From Bugula neritina (Eukaryota; Animalia; Bryozoa): 64,000 nucleotides of DNA. Where the stretch lies: positions 22,370,767-22,434,766 of the forward strand of contig OZ037766.1 of assembly GCA_964035545.1 (NCBI GenBank), in the 5' to 3' direction. A program made the position numbers and the translations under genes. This document shows positions 24,201 through 36,500 of the stretch, piece after piece; the stretch's first letter is position 1, and each line of letters opens with the position of its first letter. The notes below the pieces were generated by a model that searched no databases, was not told the DNA's origin, and saw nothing but the letters and a program-made list of their open reading frames with translations.

Positions 24201-24282
24201 CTTCGACTGCTCGTTCATTTATGTCATAAAAGTGATCACTAACGTCAGAAAAGGTACTATAAGTCCTTCTTCTTTGGCCCAT
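15284..24282 (-). CDS. PTDSS1: Phosphatidylserine synthase 1, about 468 aa, 10 exons
   Basis: Exons 24282-24113, 19897-19806, 19227-19183, 18632-18514, 17704-17546, 17264-17113, 16826-16685, 16536-16358, 15949-15850, 15532-15284, all in phase. Motifs [53 protein letters not shown] and RLGTQAW are diagnostic of base-exchange PS synthase. The N-terminus is PSS1-type. Confidence 0.95.
16584..16725. repeat. 61-bp tandem duplication (about 2.3 copies) spanning the PTDSS1 exon 7 donor
   Basis: AGTCACGCCCACTACTCTCA at 16584, 16645 and 16706. TACCTGGAAGAGTATAACTAGTAT at 16621 and 16682. Confidence 0.92.
18320..18513. repeat. 27-bp minisatellite (about 7 copies) abutting the PTDSS1 exon 4 donor
   Basis: Unit ACACATGACCTTCAACTTATACATA(T/C)A. 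It produces the KLKVMCYMY repeat in the spurious ORF 18128-18745. Confidence 0.95.
19440..19790. repeat. Degenerate AC-rich minisatellite (TACTTACACTAACACATT-like) in PTDSS1 intron 2
   Basis: Recurrent TTACACTA and TACTTACA units. Confidence 0.75.
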
Positions 24283-24599
24283 GCTGGAAGAATAAAACAC
24301 ACTGCAAGAAAATCTGTTGACGTTCGCTACAATAGATGAAAATAATGATGGATAGTGTCTATGTCTAGAAGAGATCATGCATAGGTCTTGCGTCTGAGAG
24401 GTAGAATCTGTAATAAAGTTGAGCGCGCTGCTAGGTGACCACAAAATGGTGGCGGTTCCTCTCTGAAGGGCCTCAATCCACATTTATCACTCTATATTTT
24501 ATTGTTGCTAGTTTTTATGAAAAAGAAGTTTCAACGAGTTTCTAGGGTAAAAATAAATTTAGCTAAGCTTTAAAATTGTATTTGTTTTTACAATCTAAA
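24283..24599. promoter_or_regulatory. Compact bidirectional promoter, PTDSS1 / HEATR4-like
   Basis: The start codons diverge with 317 bp between them. Locally GC- and CpG-richer core (GAGCGCGCTG, CAAAATGGTGGCGG, YY1-like). RFX X-box-like GTTTCTAGGGTAAA at 24538-24551 and half-site GTTGCTAG at 24504. Confidence 0.7.
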
Positions 24600-27500
24600 A
24601 TGAATTATAGTCCAAGTCGACCATCTTTATTTCCTTGTGCTACACAAGTATCACTCATACAAGTTGGTGCTGATGATGGGCATGGTGACTTGAAGGCCCA
24701 GGGTCAAGATCACTTTCAGTATCTTAAGCACGTCGGGAAAAATTTATTGAATAAAACTAAAGAAGAACAAGATAAAGTTACAAGACCTGTAATCCAAAGT
24801 GTCAGCGCTGGTCTATCGTTCACAGAAGAAGTATGTGTCATGTTAAAATAATTGCTAATTGCTAAAAGTTTAATATTAATGATAATCGTTATTATAATTA
24901 TGCATCTCGTTATTAAATTTTAATTATTTTTATCCTAAATAAGTTTTGACTTTATTTTAAAAATCGGAGATTTTTAGATCTGATTTTGGTGTTGTTTCCT
25001 TACATTTATATAAACCACTAATTTTATTTTATAATTTAAAATTTTCCTTTAGCTTTCAAAAGATTGTAAATGTAGGAGTTTTCATTTAATAACCCACTTT
25101 CTTTCAGTCACTAAGTACAACTGGTAACCTCAGTGACCACAATTGCTTTTATCAATCTTAAACTTATAAATCATTCAACATATTGCTAGGTAAGCTCATA
25201 GATCGTAGCTCAATAATGAAACTTACTGCTTGTAAATATAATTTTATAAGGTACTGCTTATTGTGCATATTTCTTTTAGAAATATTTATTTCTGGTTTCG
25301 AATTGTAGGTGATCAAGGAATTAGCGCCTTTTGCTATACCTTATAATGAAAAATCGATATATGCTGCTTATGATACATCAGAGTTTCTTTCACAGACTGA
25401 AAAAAAGTTGGCTGTACCACCTGGAAGGTAAATTATCAAAAAAAATTTTTTATCAAAACGAAGTACACTAAATAATTATTGCTTCCTAAATTCAATATTT
25501 CAAACTGGAAATTTGATCAGATTTTTTTACTACTTTCATACTAGATACATGTTGCAGTATTATTTTTTAAATCTTGAATACAGCATGCTTGTAAATAAAA
25601 CACTTTAGTTTTCTCAAAATATTGTTTTAAACATTGAATAATTGCTGCTGTAAATTGATTTGCATATAATCCAAATATGATGTATCAATATAAAGGGTTG
25701 CTACTTTTATTAATACCTCAACCGTTCAATTTTTATTTTATTAAATATATGATATTTAAAACTGTGAAATTATTAAATAAAATTATAACTAATAAAATTT
25801 TTTCAGGTTTAACAACTATGGGCCTGATCGTAGGCACATGTCATGCCATTTTAAGAAAACTACTCCCTACAAACTAAAACCCATCAAAAGAGAGATTATG
25901 AGAAAAGCCTTAGAAATGCACAAACAAGCTGTAAAGAAAGAAGAGAAAAAAGTGGCGGATGCATCTAAACCAGGTACTGTGCTTAACATTATGTGGACAC
26001 ATGTTGTTATACTGTCTGTATTAGCTTTTAATCAAATTAAAGTTTATTTTTGAGTTTGCAACATGAATAGACATTTAAATTTATTTTGAAACATCTGTTT
26101 TTGCAGAAAACGGTTTTTTCATCTACCTTAGTACTATTTGATAAAGAGAGTCTTATTAAAAATAAAGTATCAGAAAATAGACTTTAATGTGCATTTTAGT
26201 GGATGCCTATGGGTTTTAAATTTTTCTACTTGTTCCCATAAAAGTTTATGCATTTGGAAATTAACAACTAGATATATGAATCTTGAAATACTTTACAACG
26301 TAATATTTTATTACTTTTTGCGTAAAAAGAATTGTTTGGTTTTGTAAACTGTACACTACTATTAATCTGTTAAACTCCATACTTCTAGCTCACACATCTA
26401 CCGACAAATGATACACGAATAACACTAAGTTAAGTTCATTTAATTAGGCCCTATAAATTTATTCTGGTCTATATATGTTGCAGATCCAGCTGCGCAGTTT
26501 TTTCTAACTGAAACAGCGCCCTCTAGTGGTGATGACAATGGAAAAAGCATGGATGATGGGAGTACAGACAAATCTCTAGAGAAAAGGGAAGAGGAAAAGC
26601 ACGAGTGGGATGAGTATTTGCTGAGTATACTGAGTCGGCCAACTGCTCAGTGGATAGTCACTCAGAAAACAGATCCAGCTGATCAAAGATATAAAGTAAG
26701 TCATAGCGGCTCCTTTAAAAGTATGAAGTTTAAATTAAACTGTGTGTTATTTGAATAGTTTTCCTACTGAATAGTTTAGTGACAATTGACAAAGTCAGGT
26801 AGAAAACTTAGTCATGTGAAGTAAATCTATACACAGCATTGAGCTCAGTTCTAATTAAAGTGGTGGATTGAGTTGGGTTTTTTGTGGTTTTCATTTGATC
26901 ATAATATTAAGCAATTGTCTAGGAACTTTTTATTTACCTATGTAATTGACTAAACAAAGTCTAGTAACTTCATTTTTCAGTTTTTATATTTGCATTTATA
27001 TTCAGGATGAATTGCAGAAATTCAACATGGTGAAAAATTGATTTAAAGCAATTAATAAAACAATAATTGACCAATGAACACTTTTTAAACAATTGTTCTG
27101 CATTATGGATCCAATTATATTTTTTCTTAGAGCAATTTTTTAAATTTTGCATTTCGTACGTCTTTGCTTATCTCCACTCTGTCCTGTTTGGGTAGTGGGA
27201 TTTATTACATGTCGATGCTTTTGAATAAGAGTGATTATTCAGTATTATCCACTCACTAGATATGGTTTCCTTATTGTAGCCACTTTACGATTACATGATC
27301 ACCAAGCATGGTGTGCCTTCTAGCACCGAGTTAGTTAGAGACAATATGGCCGATTATGAAGAGGAAGTGTCTTTAAAGCCACAAGTTGAAGAGCCAGATA
27401 GAAGACCAAATACCCAAAGTGCAAAGTACTGCCATAGTTATATAACATTATTTTGTAGCTATTGTGTGCTTATTACTCTGCAGCCTGCCCCCCCCCCTCT

Positions 27501-30500
27501 CTCTCTCTTTCCAAACAGTGCATTTTTGCTGTGTATTATTCAATATAATGTAATTACAAAGAACTTTTAATTTTTTTTCTGTTTTCCCATTTTCCAATAT
27601 TATGGTATCATATAAAAACCTAATGTACTTTTTAGACTGTTGAGGAGAGTCCACGAGATGGAAGAGAGGGAAGAGTTAGATACCGTCCCGTATGCAGATA
27701 AAACTAATGCCTCGTTCTATCGCCTTCCTGGCGGAATAAAGAAACGCATAAAAATACAAGAGAAAGAGATGGGTAAGTTTTAAATGTTTTTAATTGATCA
27801 TTCATATGCATTTAATCTACAATATTTAACTATAATATGACTGATGCAGCTGGACAAACTGGCTAAATGTAAATGTCACATTGAAAAATACACAGTTTTT
27901 ATACTTATATATCTCTAAATTTAACTTAAAGAATTTCTGGCTCATTACATCTATACGTTGTGAAATTATTCACAAATTTTCTCTTGACTAACGGCTAATT
28001 ACAATGTTAGGGTAGTATGGGAAATTGAATTTATAGTGAATTGTGTGCATACATGTTTTGAAATAATCCAGGATGATGGCCTTCCTGCCGATGACGTATT
28101 GGTTTGGCTTAGTGTTCTCGGCTCTATAGGAATAATACTGAAGTATTTTCTCTAGATAAATATATTTTTTGTCGAGTACAGTCTTCTTTTAGGTCGTATC
28201 GATGGGTTTTTATGAATAATAATTTAAAGTTGATAATAATAACCAATGAAATCAACAACCATGGAATAGGCAACGACAATTTCCAACAAAAACCTATTAT
28301 TTTTAACCTCTATTAAAACCTATAGTTGTCTTTCTACCGTTTTCTCACTATAGTATGGTTTAATAATACATCAATAATTCCATGCTGTTCCCAATTGGAC
28401 TCAAAGAGATAAATGTAATAAGTTTTCTTTAGAAGTGACTGTTTATCAAATTTATGCAAACTATTTAAAGTAAAGTATGGATTTTAAACCTGTGATCAAT
28501 ACACAAGCCATTCACCTGTTTTATCATTAATAGATTCAACAATAGCTTGATACATAGCAGCTGAAATTATCTTAAAAATTGTAACAATGTCCTTTATAAT
28601 TCATGTGTGCAACGAAATAACGTTATGTACATCTACAGTGAATGACCTATGTATTTTATTATAAATATATGGGTCTAATCTATAAAATGCATGTCAACTT
28701 AGTAGGAGAGGCAACTCCAAATAAAGATCATGGTGAGGAGTTGTCCCAACCCACAGTTTAGCACTTCAGACCCTTTTGTTTGCTTCTTTTATTTCTAAAT
28801 ATATTTTATGTTACAATGATTATATTGCTCCTTTTAGTTGCTCTGTTGCTTTAGTCAGTAGTGAATCCTGTAAATAATTGTTATTGTTTTATTTACTTGT
28901 TCTAGTGACGTGCTATAATTTTGTATACAGAAGTTTAATTTGTCAGTTCAACTTTTATCCATGTTATTCCAATGTTGGCATAGGATTTTTTCCATTAGTG
29001 CATCAATTGCAGGTAGCACTTTAATGTTAAGTCCTGCTCATATAATAATATATTTAAAGCTTAGCATTTCATACCCTCAACCTATTACCCCTGAACTTTC
29101 ATTTTTTATAATCGATTGAGATAAAGTCAAATAAGCTGAGGTCAACATGTGACATATAAAAATGGTGTTATTCAATTTGATGCATTGACTATATTACAAA
29201 TTTTACTTTTTAAATTAAAAGAGAGAGCAGTTACATTTGGATCAACTCACGCTTTAGATTTTATTAGCTAGTCCTGTAATATATATGGTATAGCATATAT
29301 ATTATTATAATACAGCAGATCTGATTACACATTTGTACCTATTATACTCTATTTAGGGGCACTTAATACTACTGCCACTGGCATTATTGTCAAAAAACAA
29401 GAGTTGCCCCCACCACCAAAACTAAGAGACTTTGTTGATTCAAGAATTACAGAAAACACAGTCTATGAAACTGACAACAATTTTCAGCGGGATTGGCTGA
29501 CTGGTGAGTGTTCTGCAGCATGATTAGCTAATTGGTGAGTGTGCTGCAATGTGATTGGCTGACTGGTGAGTGTTCTGCAATGTGGTTGGCTGATTGGTGA
29601 GTGTGCTGCAATGTGATTGGCTGAATGTGCTGCGGAGTTGTTGAGCAGATTTACGTTTTAATGCCACATATGATCGAAATGACCATGCAATAATACATTC
29701 TGTGATATATTTCAAGAAAGGTAAAAAATATTATGCACGATTAGTCAAATTAAAGTTTGTTAATTTTCCGGATATTTCTCTTATTATATATATCCATAGT
29801 TGTGGATTAAATTCCTTTTTTCACCCTTATAAAAAGAACAACACATCATTATTTAGCTTAAGTGCATTTAACAGGAAATAAGCAAGTGTACCAGGCTTTT
29901 GGTAACGAAGCAGAGATAGTAATGGAGAATCACAACAAATACTGTAAAGTTCAACAAGTGTTATACCCAAGAGAGGGTGAGGAGTGGTATCCCGATAACA
30001 CAACACATGACCAGAAGGATGTCAGGTCTCCCAATCTTGTACGCAAAGTGAACAAGGGTCAGAAGAGATGGACTGGATTACCTAAACCAGTCGAGGTAAT
30101 CGATAAGTGAAGTCGTAATAATAACCTGCTAAAATTATTTGTGTAATAGAAAATGTATTGCATGCGATGTTTAAAAAAGTAGCAGTACCTTTGTTTTGAA
30201 TTGTTTATGCTATTGATGTGTGTTATGCTTTACTAGCCTACAATGAAGATTCAAGGCAGTATTACTGACAGTTTAAACTCTAGTACTGACAGTGAGTTAT
30301 GTACTGGTGTTACTGACCACTGTAAAACTAATACACACACTCAAGTGAAAGCTAAAGTTGTAAGTTAGGAGGTACTTTAGTTAGCTACCTTGGTTTCATA
30401 TCTCTATTAGTTATGCTGCTACAAGTTGCAATATACTGCTAGTTTTACTGCTAATAGCAGTACTGTTGGTGATACCTCTCACACTGATACTACTGCTAAT

Positions 30501-33500
30501 CATACAGATAGTACGACTACTAGTTATACCAATACGAATAATGCTACTGCTAGTCATACTGCTACAATTTGTATTGCTGGTCTTACCTAATATTACTCTG
30601 CTGCTATTGCTACTGTGCTAGTTTTTAATTGCTAGTCATAATATATGACTAGTACTTGCTAGTCATAATAATATATGACTAATAGTTGCTAGTCAAATGA
30701 AGTGAGAGTTTTAGTCTTGAGGCTGCTAGCCAAGTAAGTTATATGTAGCTGATTATAAAATTGTTGCGTCATAAATTGTTGTTATTAACAGGTTTGCACA
30801 AATAAATGTTTATTTCTCTCCTCATCTGGGCATAGAATACATCAGCACAGAACACAAGTAATAAGTGAAAAACAGATGGTTAAAATATAAAATTTGCTAA
30901 TTAGCTGTTTTATGTAGCGCCTTAGTATATAAACAAATTGATATACTATTAGTATTCAGTATAAATATGTTTATAGGAATCCGAGACTATGGTGATTGGA
31001 GCCATTGATGACATTGAGCAGTCAGTAAATCCTTCAGTTGAAAAGTTTCAGCCGTCAGAAGCTCTGTCCAAGATTGGTTAGTAAATCTCAAAGTGTCTTT
31101 CTAAGTATACGATTGAACATAATTATCATACTGACGCTTTGTAACTGTGCTTTAAGTTGATGAGTGGAGGTCGAAATGGCATTTGAACATGAGGTTTGAC
31201 GACGCCACTCCAGATGATCTCATCAAGGATATGGAGGACATACATCCGCATGTTAGAATTAAGGCTATCTCTACTTGTGCTCGGGCTTCTAACTATAAGC
31301 CCCCGCCTCTTGAAGGTAAGAGTATGAACTTTTGGTTGCTCAACCAATTTAGTTTTAAAATCTAATTCTTGTAACAGATATGCAGAAAGGATCTTAACTA
31401 ATGATTGCAGTTTACGTCAATTTTATAAAATGTGAAATGTTTTTTTATTGGTGCCTGTCTTACAATAATTTTGCTGCATAGCTTTAGATTTGAAATCACA
31501 ATATTAAAGACTTGGTTCTAAACAAACAGAAACAAGATGTCATTTTTACTGTGCTTCGTGTTTCATTTTTTAACTATTTGTTGTTAAGGAATTCAGCTGT
31601 TCTCGGTGCAGCAGGCACAAAAAAGCAATCTGCCAGAAAAGATATTTGTAGCTCTAAACTGTCTACTTGATGACGAACATCCTAAAGTCAGACTTGCAGC
31701 TGCCATTTCACTGCACGTGTTACACCGGCCATGTAAAAAGGCGGAGAAGATTCTCAGATTTAATCTGCAGCCTGACCAGGTTTGATCTTAATGAGCTGTA
31801 GCTGTGTGATGTTATGTTTACTATATATTATAGTATTGCATCTAAACATGGAGGTGTTGCTGAAATCATTATGCTATTCAACATATTATTATAATATATT
31901 GAGATTTCAACAAATTGCTAATGATTAACAGTAAAAAGTTGTAGAGAACTTTTTTACAACACATTCTACATTTCAGAAAAGCTGTCATACCATACACCAA
32001 CTCTTTGACAGCTGCCCACTCTGAATTATATTTACTTTTGTTGCTGTAGAACAAAGCTGACAGGTGGGCAGCCGTCCAGTGTCTGGGTTTTTATGGAGTC
32101 ACTGATAGTGATGTCATAGGGGAGTGTGTTGAGCAGATGATGAATAATGAAGATATGATACAATATGAGAAATCTTGCTCTCTGCTCTCTCATATCAGTA
32201 ATAATACAGTATGTACACATAATAATATATTTCATGTATAATTTACACTTACAATGTATACATTCCAATTTAGTAATAATACAGTATGTATATGATATTA
32301 TATTATATTTATAACATACACTTACAATGTGTGCCCTCCCTTTCGTATTAGTAATTGTGTGATGTGCTTAGTATATATAGTCTCATTTGTAATTTGCAAT
32401 CTTGTTTTTATTGCATATTGTCAATACACTACCATGTTTTTTGAAAAGTTTTGATTTTTTGTTTTACAATTTTGCAAACGAATTACAAAATGTTAATTGT
32501 TGATAAAGTGGCTCCTGCACAGTGAATATATAAAGCTGTAGGAGTTTGTTAATAATATGGTGCAGATTGTTCACGCTTGGTTGATTTTAAAAAATACAAC
32601 TGTTTTTGATTGGTACTGTTCCAGCCAGCCTGTCACATTTGTAAAAGCATTACATTTTGCACATTCTGCAACGTCCACCTATCATTGACATTTTTCTAAA
32701 TTGTCGTACTTCAATAGGCTGGTCAGTTCAATAACTATACACTTGTGTTGGTGTGTAAAAGCAAGTCAACACTTACTTCACAACAGCTTTTTTCTATTGA
32801 ATACGAAAATATTGTTACAACAAAAGCATTGCATTGAAAAGCACCACGGTCTTAATATGACAAAACAGTTCCAGTTTTAGTAGATGATTTCAAAATAAAA
32901 AAAATTGTTTTTGTTGCTGAATTGCTTAAGCTTGTAATTAGGAATTTCTAATAAATTTTTTTCTTAAATACATATAAAAATAATTCAGGTTAACTAAGTT
33001 TACGGCCTTTGAGATAACTGATATTCCTCCATATGGTATATTGAATTTTAGGATGAACGAGGGCAGGTAACTCTTGCATTTTTTTTATTTAAGCCATTCT
33101 TTTCAGTTTTCAGGTTTTGCTTTTCACACTATTTTTTTCTGTCCATTGCCTCAACTTCTTTCTTTAAGAACCCATACTATTCTTTAACCATAAAGCTATA
33201 TAAACCATAGCCTTTAGATATTTACTCTGTTACACCTACAGATCTCATTCCAATCACTATGTTGCACAAATTCTGTCCAGGTGACTATCTTTACTATATG
33301 TTTTATCTATAGCCTGTGCTTTTTCTCTCTCGACCCTCTTTTACTATTTAATATAAAATGCATAATAGCCTGCATTAAGTGCTTTCGTTCCATATAAAAT
33401 GGCCTATAGTAAAGTTTGAGCCCTGTCATCTGCCAGTGTGGAACACATACTAACTTCACCACTAAACCAACCTTATGAGAAAAGGCTAAGTAAGATTGGT

Positions 33501-36500
33501 TGGGTGGGGCAGTAGACAGTACTGGGTCTTCTGATGTCTTAAAAATTCAGTTCTCACTTTAAGCCAATACGTTTAGCATGTCATAACATTTTATTATACT
33601 TACAAATTGTATTTAGAGAATCACTTAAAGTTTACAAATACACAACTAAAACACAAGACTCTATGCTAATTACTATTCAGAATTAAAATACTTTTAAAAA
33701 CAGATTCAGACACAGTTAAAGTGTTCTTGAGTTGTTAATATTCATATGCCTTAATTATTCTATAGTACTAGTTTCAAGTTACTGCTTTATGTTGGGCAGG
33801 TTTTATCTTTTTTTACAAATTATTCTTTTTAGTTGCTTGTTTTTTAAATAAGATATATATTTTATTGCTTATGATACTCTTTTTTAGATTTTTCTCTGAT
33901 GTTTATATGGCATAGTCAGCATTTACTAGTAATTGGTCTACGTGAATGCGAACTGTCATACTTTTTGTTCAAAAAGCATACTGATATTTGATTGTTTGTT
34001 TTTGTTTAACAAGTTTACTCTGAGTTTTTGTTATATAAATTATTATATAAATACTATAATTATTGTTTATTGCTTATTTATCTTCTTGTTATACGTTTAA
34101 TAAATTAAAAATTCATTGTTTGATGGTGATTTTGAATCTACCTAGGGAAAGTTTAATCTCTCACTTTAATTAACGACTGCTGCCTTACCTAATAATATGT
34201 TGAGCCAAAAGGTTTTTCAATCATATAAAAATCTCTTTGAATTCCCATTAGTTTTTTATTGATTATTGATCTATTAAATAACTCAATATGTTGTTAAAGT
34301 CATCTGTTAATCTTTCCATACAGAGTTTAGTTCACTCCATGCTGGCTGAACACTTAAATGACTGTAGCTGGAGACATCGTGTAATGGCTTTGAAATGCCT
34401 GCCTAAACTGCATGGAGACATCAATGTTGATATCCAAAACAAAGTGGTAAGTCTTCATTACTGTTAGCCAGGGTCAAAAATGTATAAAGCCATTGGATTC
34501 AACTAATGTTCCTCAGCAATAACGGGAGGCCAACTAGTGTAGTGATGTAATGGTACTTGTAATGACCTAAGGTTAGCTGCCACAGTGACCTGAAGTCGGC
34601 TGAGTAGTGACCTGAGGTCAGCTAATTATTAACTAGCTGGAGATTAGCTGCAGTGGTAACCTGGGATGACCTGATCGCTTCACTATGTATGATACTAAAT
34701 ATAATTTAATTTAAGATACAATGGTAAAGATGCTTTATGCTTTATAATTTAGACTGCTTGAGCTGCCTGCTAGTTGATTAGTTAATCTGTATTTTTTTTA
34801 GATGTTGCATGTGACTGTAGTGTTGTTGCAGATGTGTGTGACTGTTTACAATGTTGCTACGAATGGGTGTGACTGTTTATAGTGTTGTTGCAGATATATG
34901 TAACTGTTTATAGTGTTGTTTCAGATGATTAGACTTTGTATAGGGTTGTTGCAGATGCGTGTGACTGTTTATAGTGTTGTTGCAGATGCATATCATGTGG
35001 AATGATGCTCACTCAGACGTTAGAAAAGCTGCTGCACAGTCACTCGGTAAATGTGGTTACGGTAGACTGGTTCATGACAAGATGAGGGAGATTCTCATCG
35101 AAGGAACTCAAAATGAAAGAGCTGAAACTCTTTCTAAAATTGGCTTCTTGGGTTTGTTGAATGAGTTATAATGTTTTTAAATTATGAAACACCAAAATTG
35201 TGTTATATATAACTAATTATTTAACCGAGTTTATATGTTAGTGCATTGTGGAAATTTGCTATATTTTCACATGCATCTTCGTGAAAGATATGCTATGCTG
35301 TGCTTAGATAATTTGTACTATGGTTTTTATGTACTTTGCTCAGGTATCATGACAGCAAAGCTAATGCTGCCGTTCATGAGAGCTTTCCGAGATGAGTATG
35401 TTGCGGTGAGGAAGGAGGCGTGTATAGCTGCCGGCAATCTCCGTATTCAAGATGATGACTTAATCTCAGAATTACTCCGCCTAGCTAACAGAGATCCAAT
35501 ATGGAGAATTAAAGCGTTGGCTATTCAAGGTAGGGTAGCAAGAACACTGCATGTTTGTTTGTTTGTTTGTTTTTATTTTGTCATAGTAGGGAAAATATTA
35601 ATTGAGAAAAAAATAAACAAAATGACAGGGCCTATGGCGCAATAGCACTGTAGCTAGTCGAGGCACCGAGCCATGAATGGTTGACAGTTATATAAGATTT
35701 TTGTTTAGGTTTTTGGAAGTTTTAGCAACTTAAAAAATTATTTTTTTATCTGGAAACTTGCCATTAGATGGTCTCTCAGGGCAAGTTTGAAACCAGCCTC
35801 CCTCCCCACAGCACGAATAGAACTAGGCAATTTATTCCATAGCGTCGAACATTGGAATTCCACTCTTCGTTGACCTGCAGCAGTTGATGTCTTTTTATTA
35901 TTTTGATGTTGATCAGTTCAACTTATTTGTATTTTAAATAAATAAGTCTTGTTAAATAATATATATTTGTTATTATCATTGTTATTTGATATGCTAATAA
36001 TAATTAAACGTATTGACTTAGATTAATACCCTCATAACAAAAAACAGGGCAACTATTGAAAATACTCATAGCTAGCAGTAGCACACATTTACATGTAGAG
36101 TGTAGACCATTCTGGCAGTGCCATAGCTGTAGTTTTATAGAACTAAATGTAATTACAGTTAATAAAAAATAGGCAAACTAATATTGGTGACATCTGCATA
36201 AAAAGATGTATTTGTGAAATTTCTTGTATCACCAAAAGAAATTTATTTGCCTTTTAGCACTAGGGAAGATAGGAGTTGTTATTCCTAAAGTACGAGAAGC
36301 CTTGCTTTGGGCCCTCAGATTTGAAGAAGAAGAGGGAATTAGAGCTGAGGCTTGTCACTCTATTATTGAACTGCAGTTGAAAGATAAGGAAGTGCTGGAT
36401 ATTCTACAAAACAGGATGCTCGTTGAGGAAAGCCCAGTGGTGCAAGAGTAAGTCTGAGTTATAATTTAATCTTACATGGCTGTAAAAACCTCTAATTTTT

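Noticed and set aside
16584-34990. Regularly spaced 27-61 bp repeats as a CRISPR-like array
   Set aside because: The units are contiguous with no unique spacers, the context is eukaryotic introns, and there are no cas genes.
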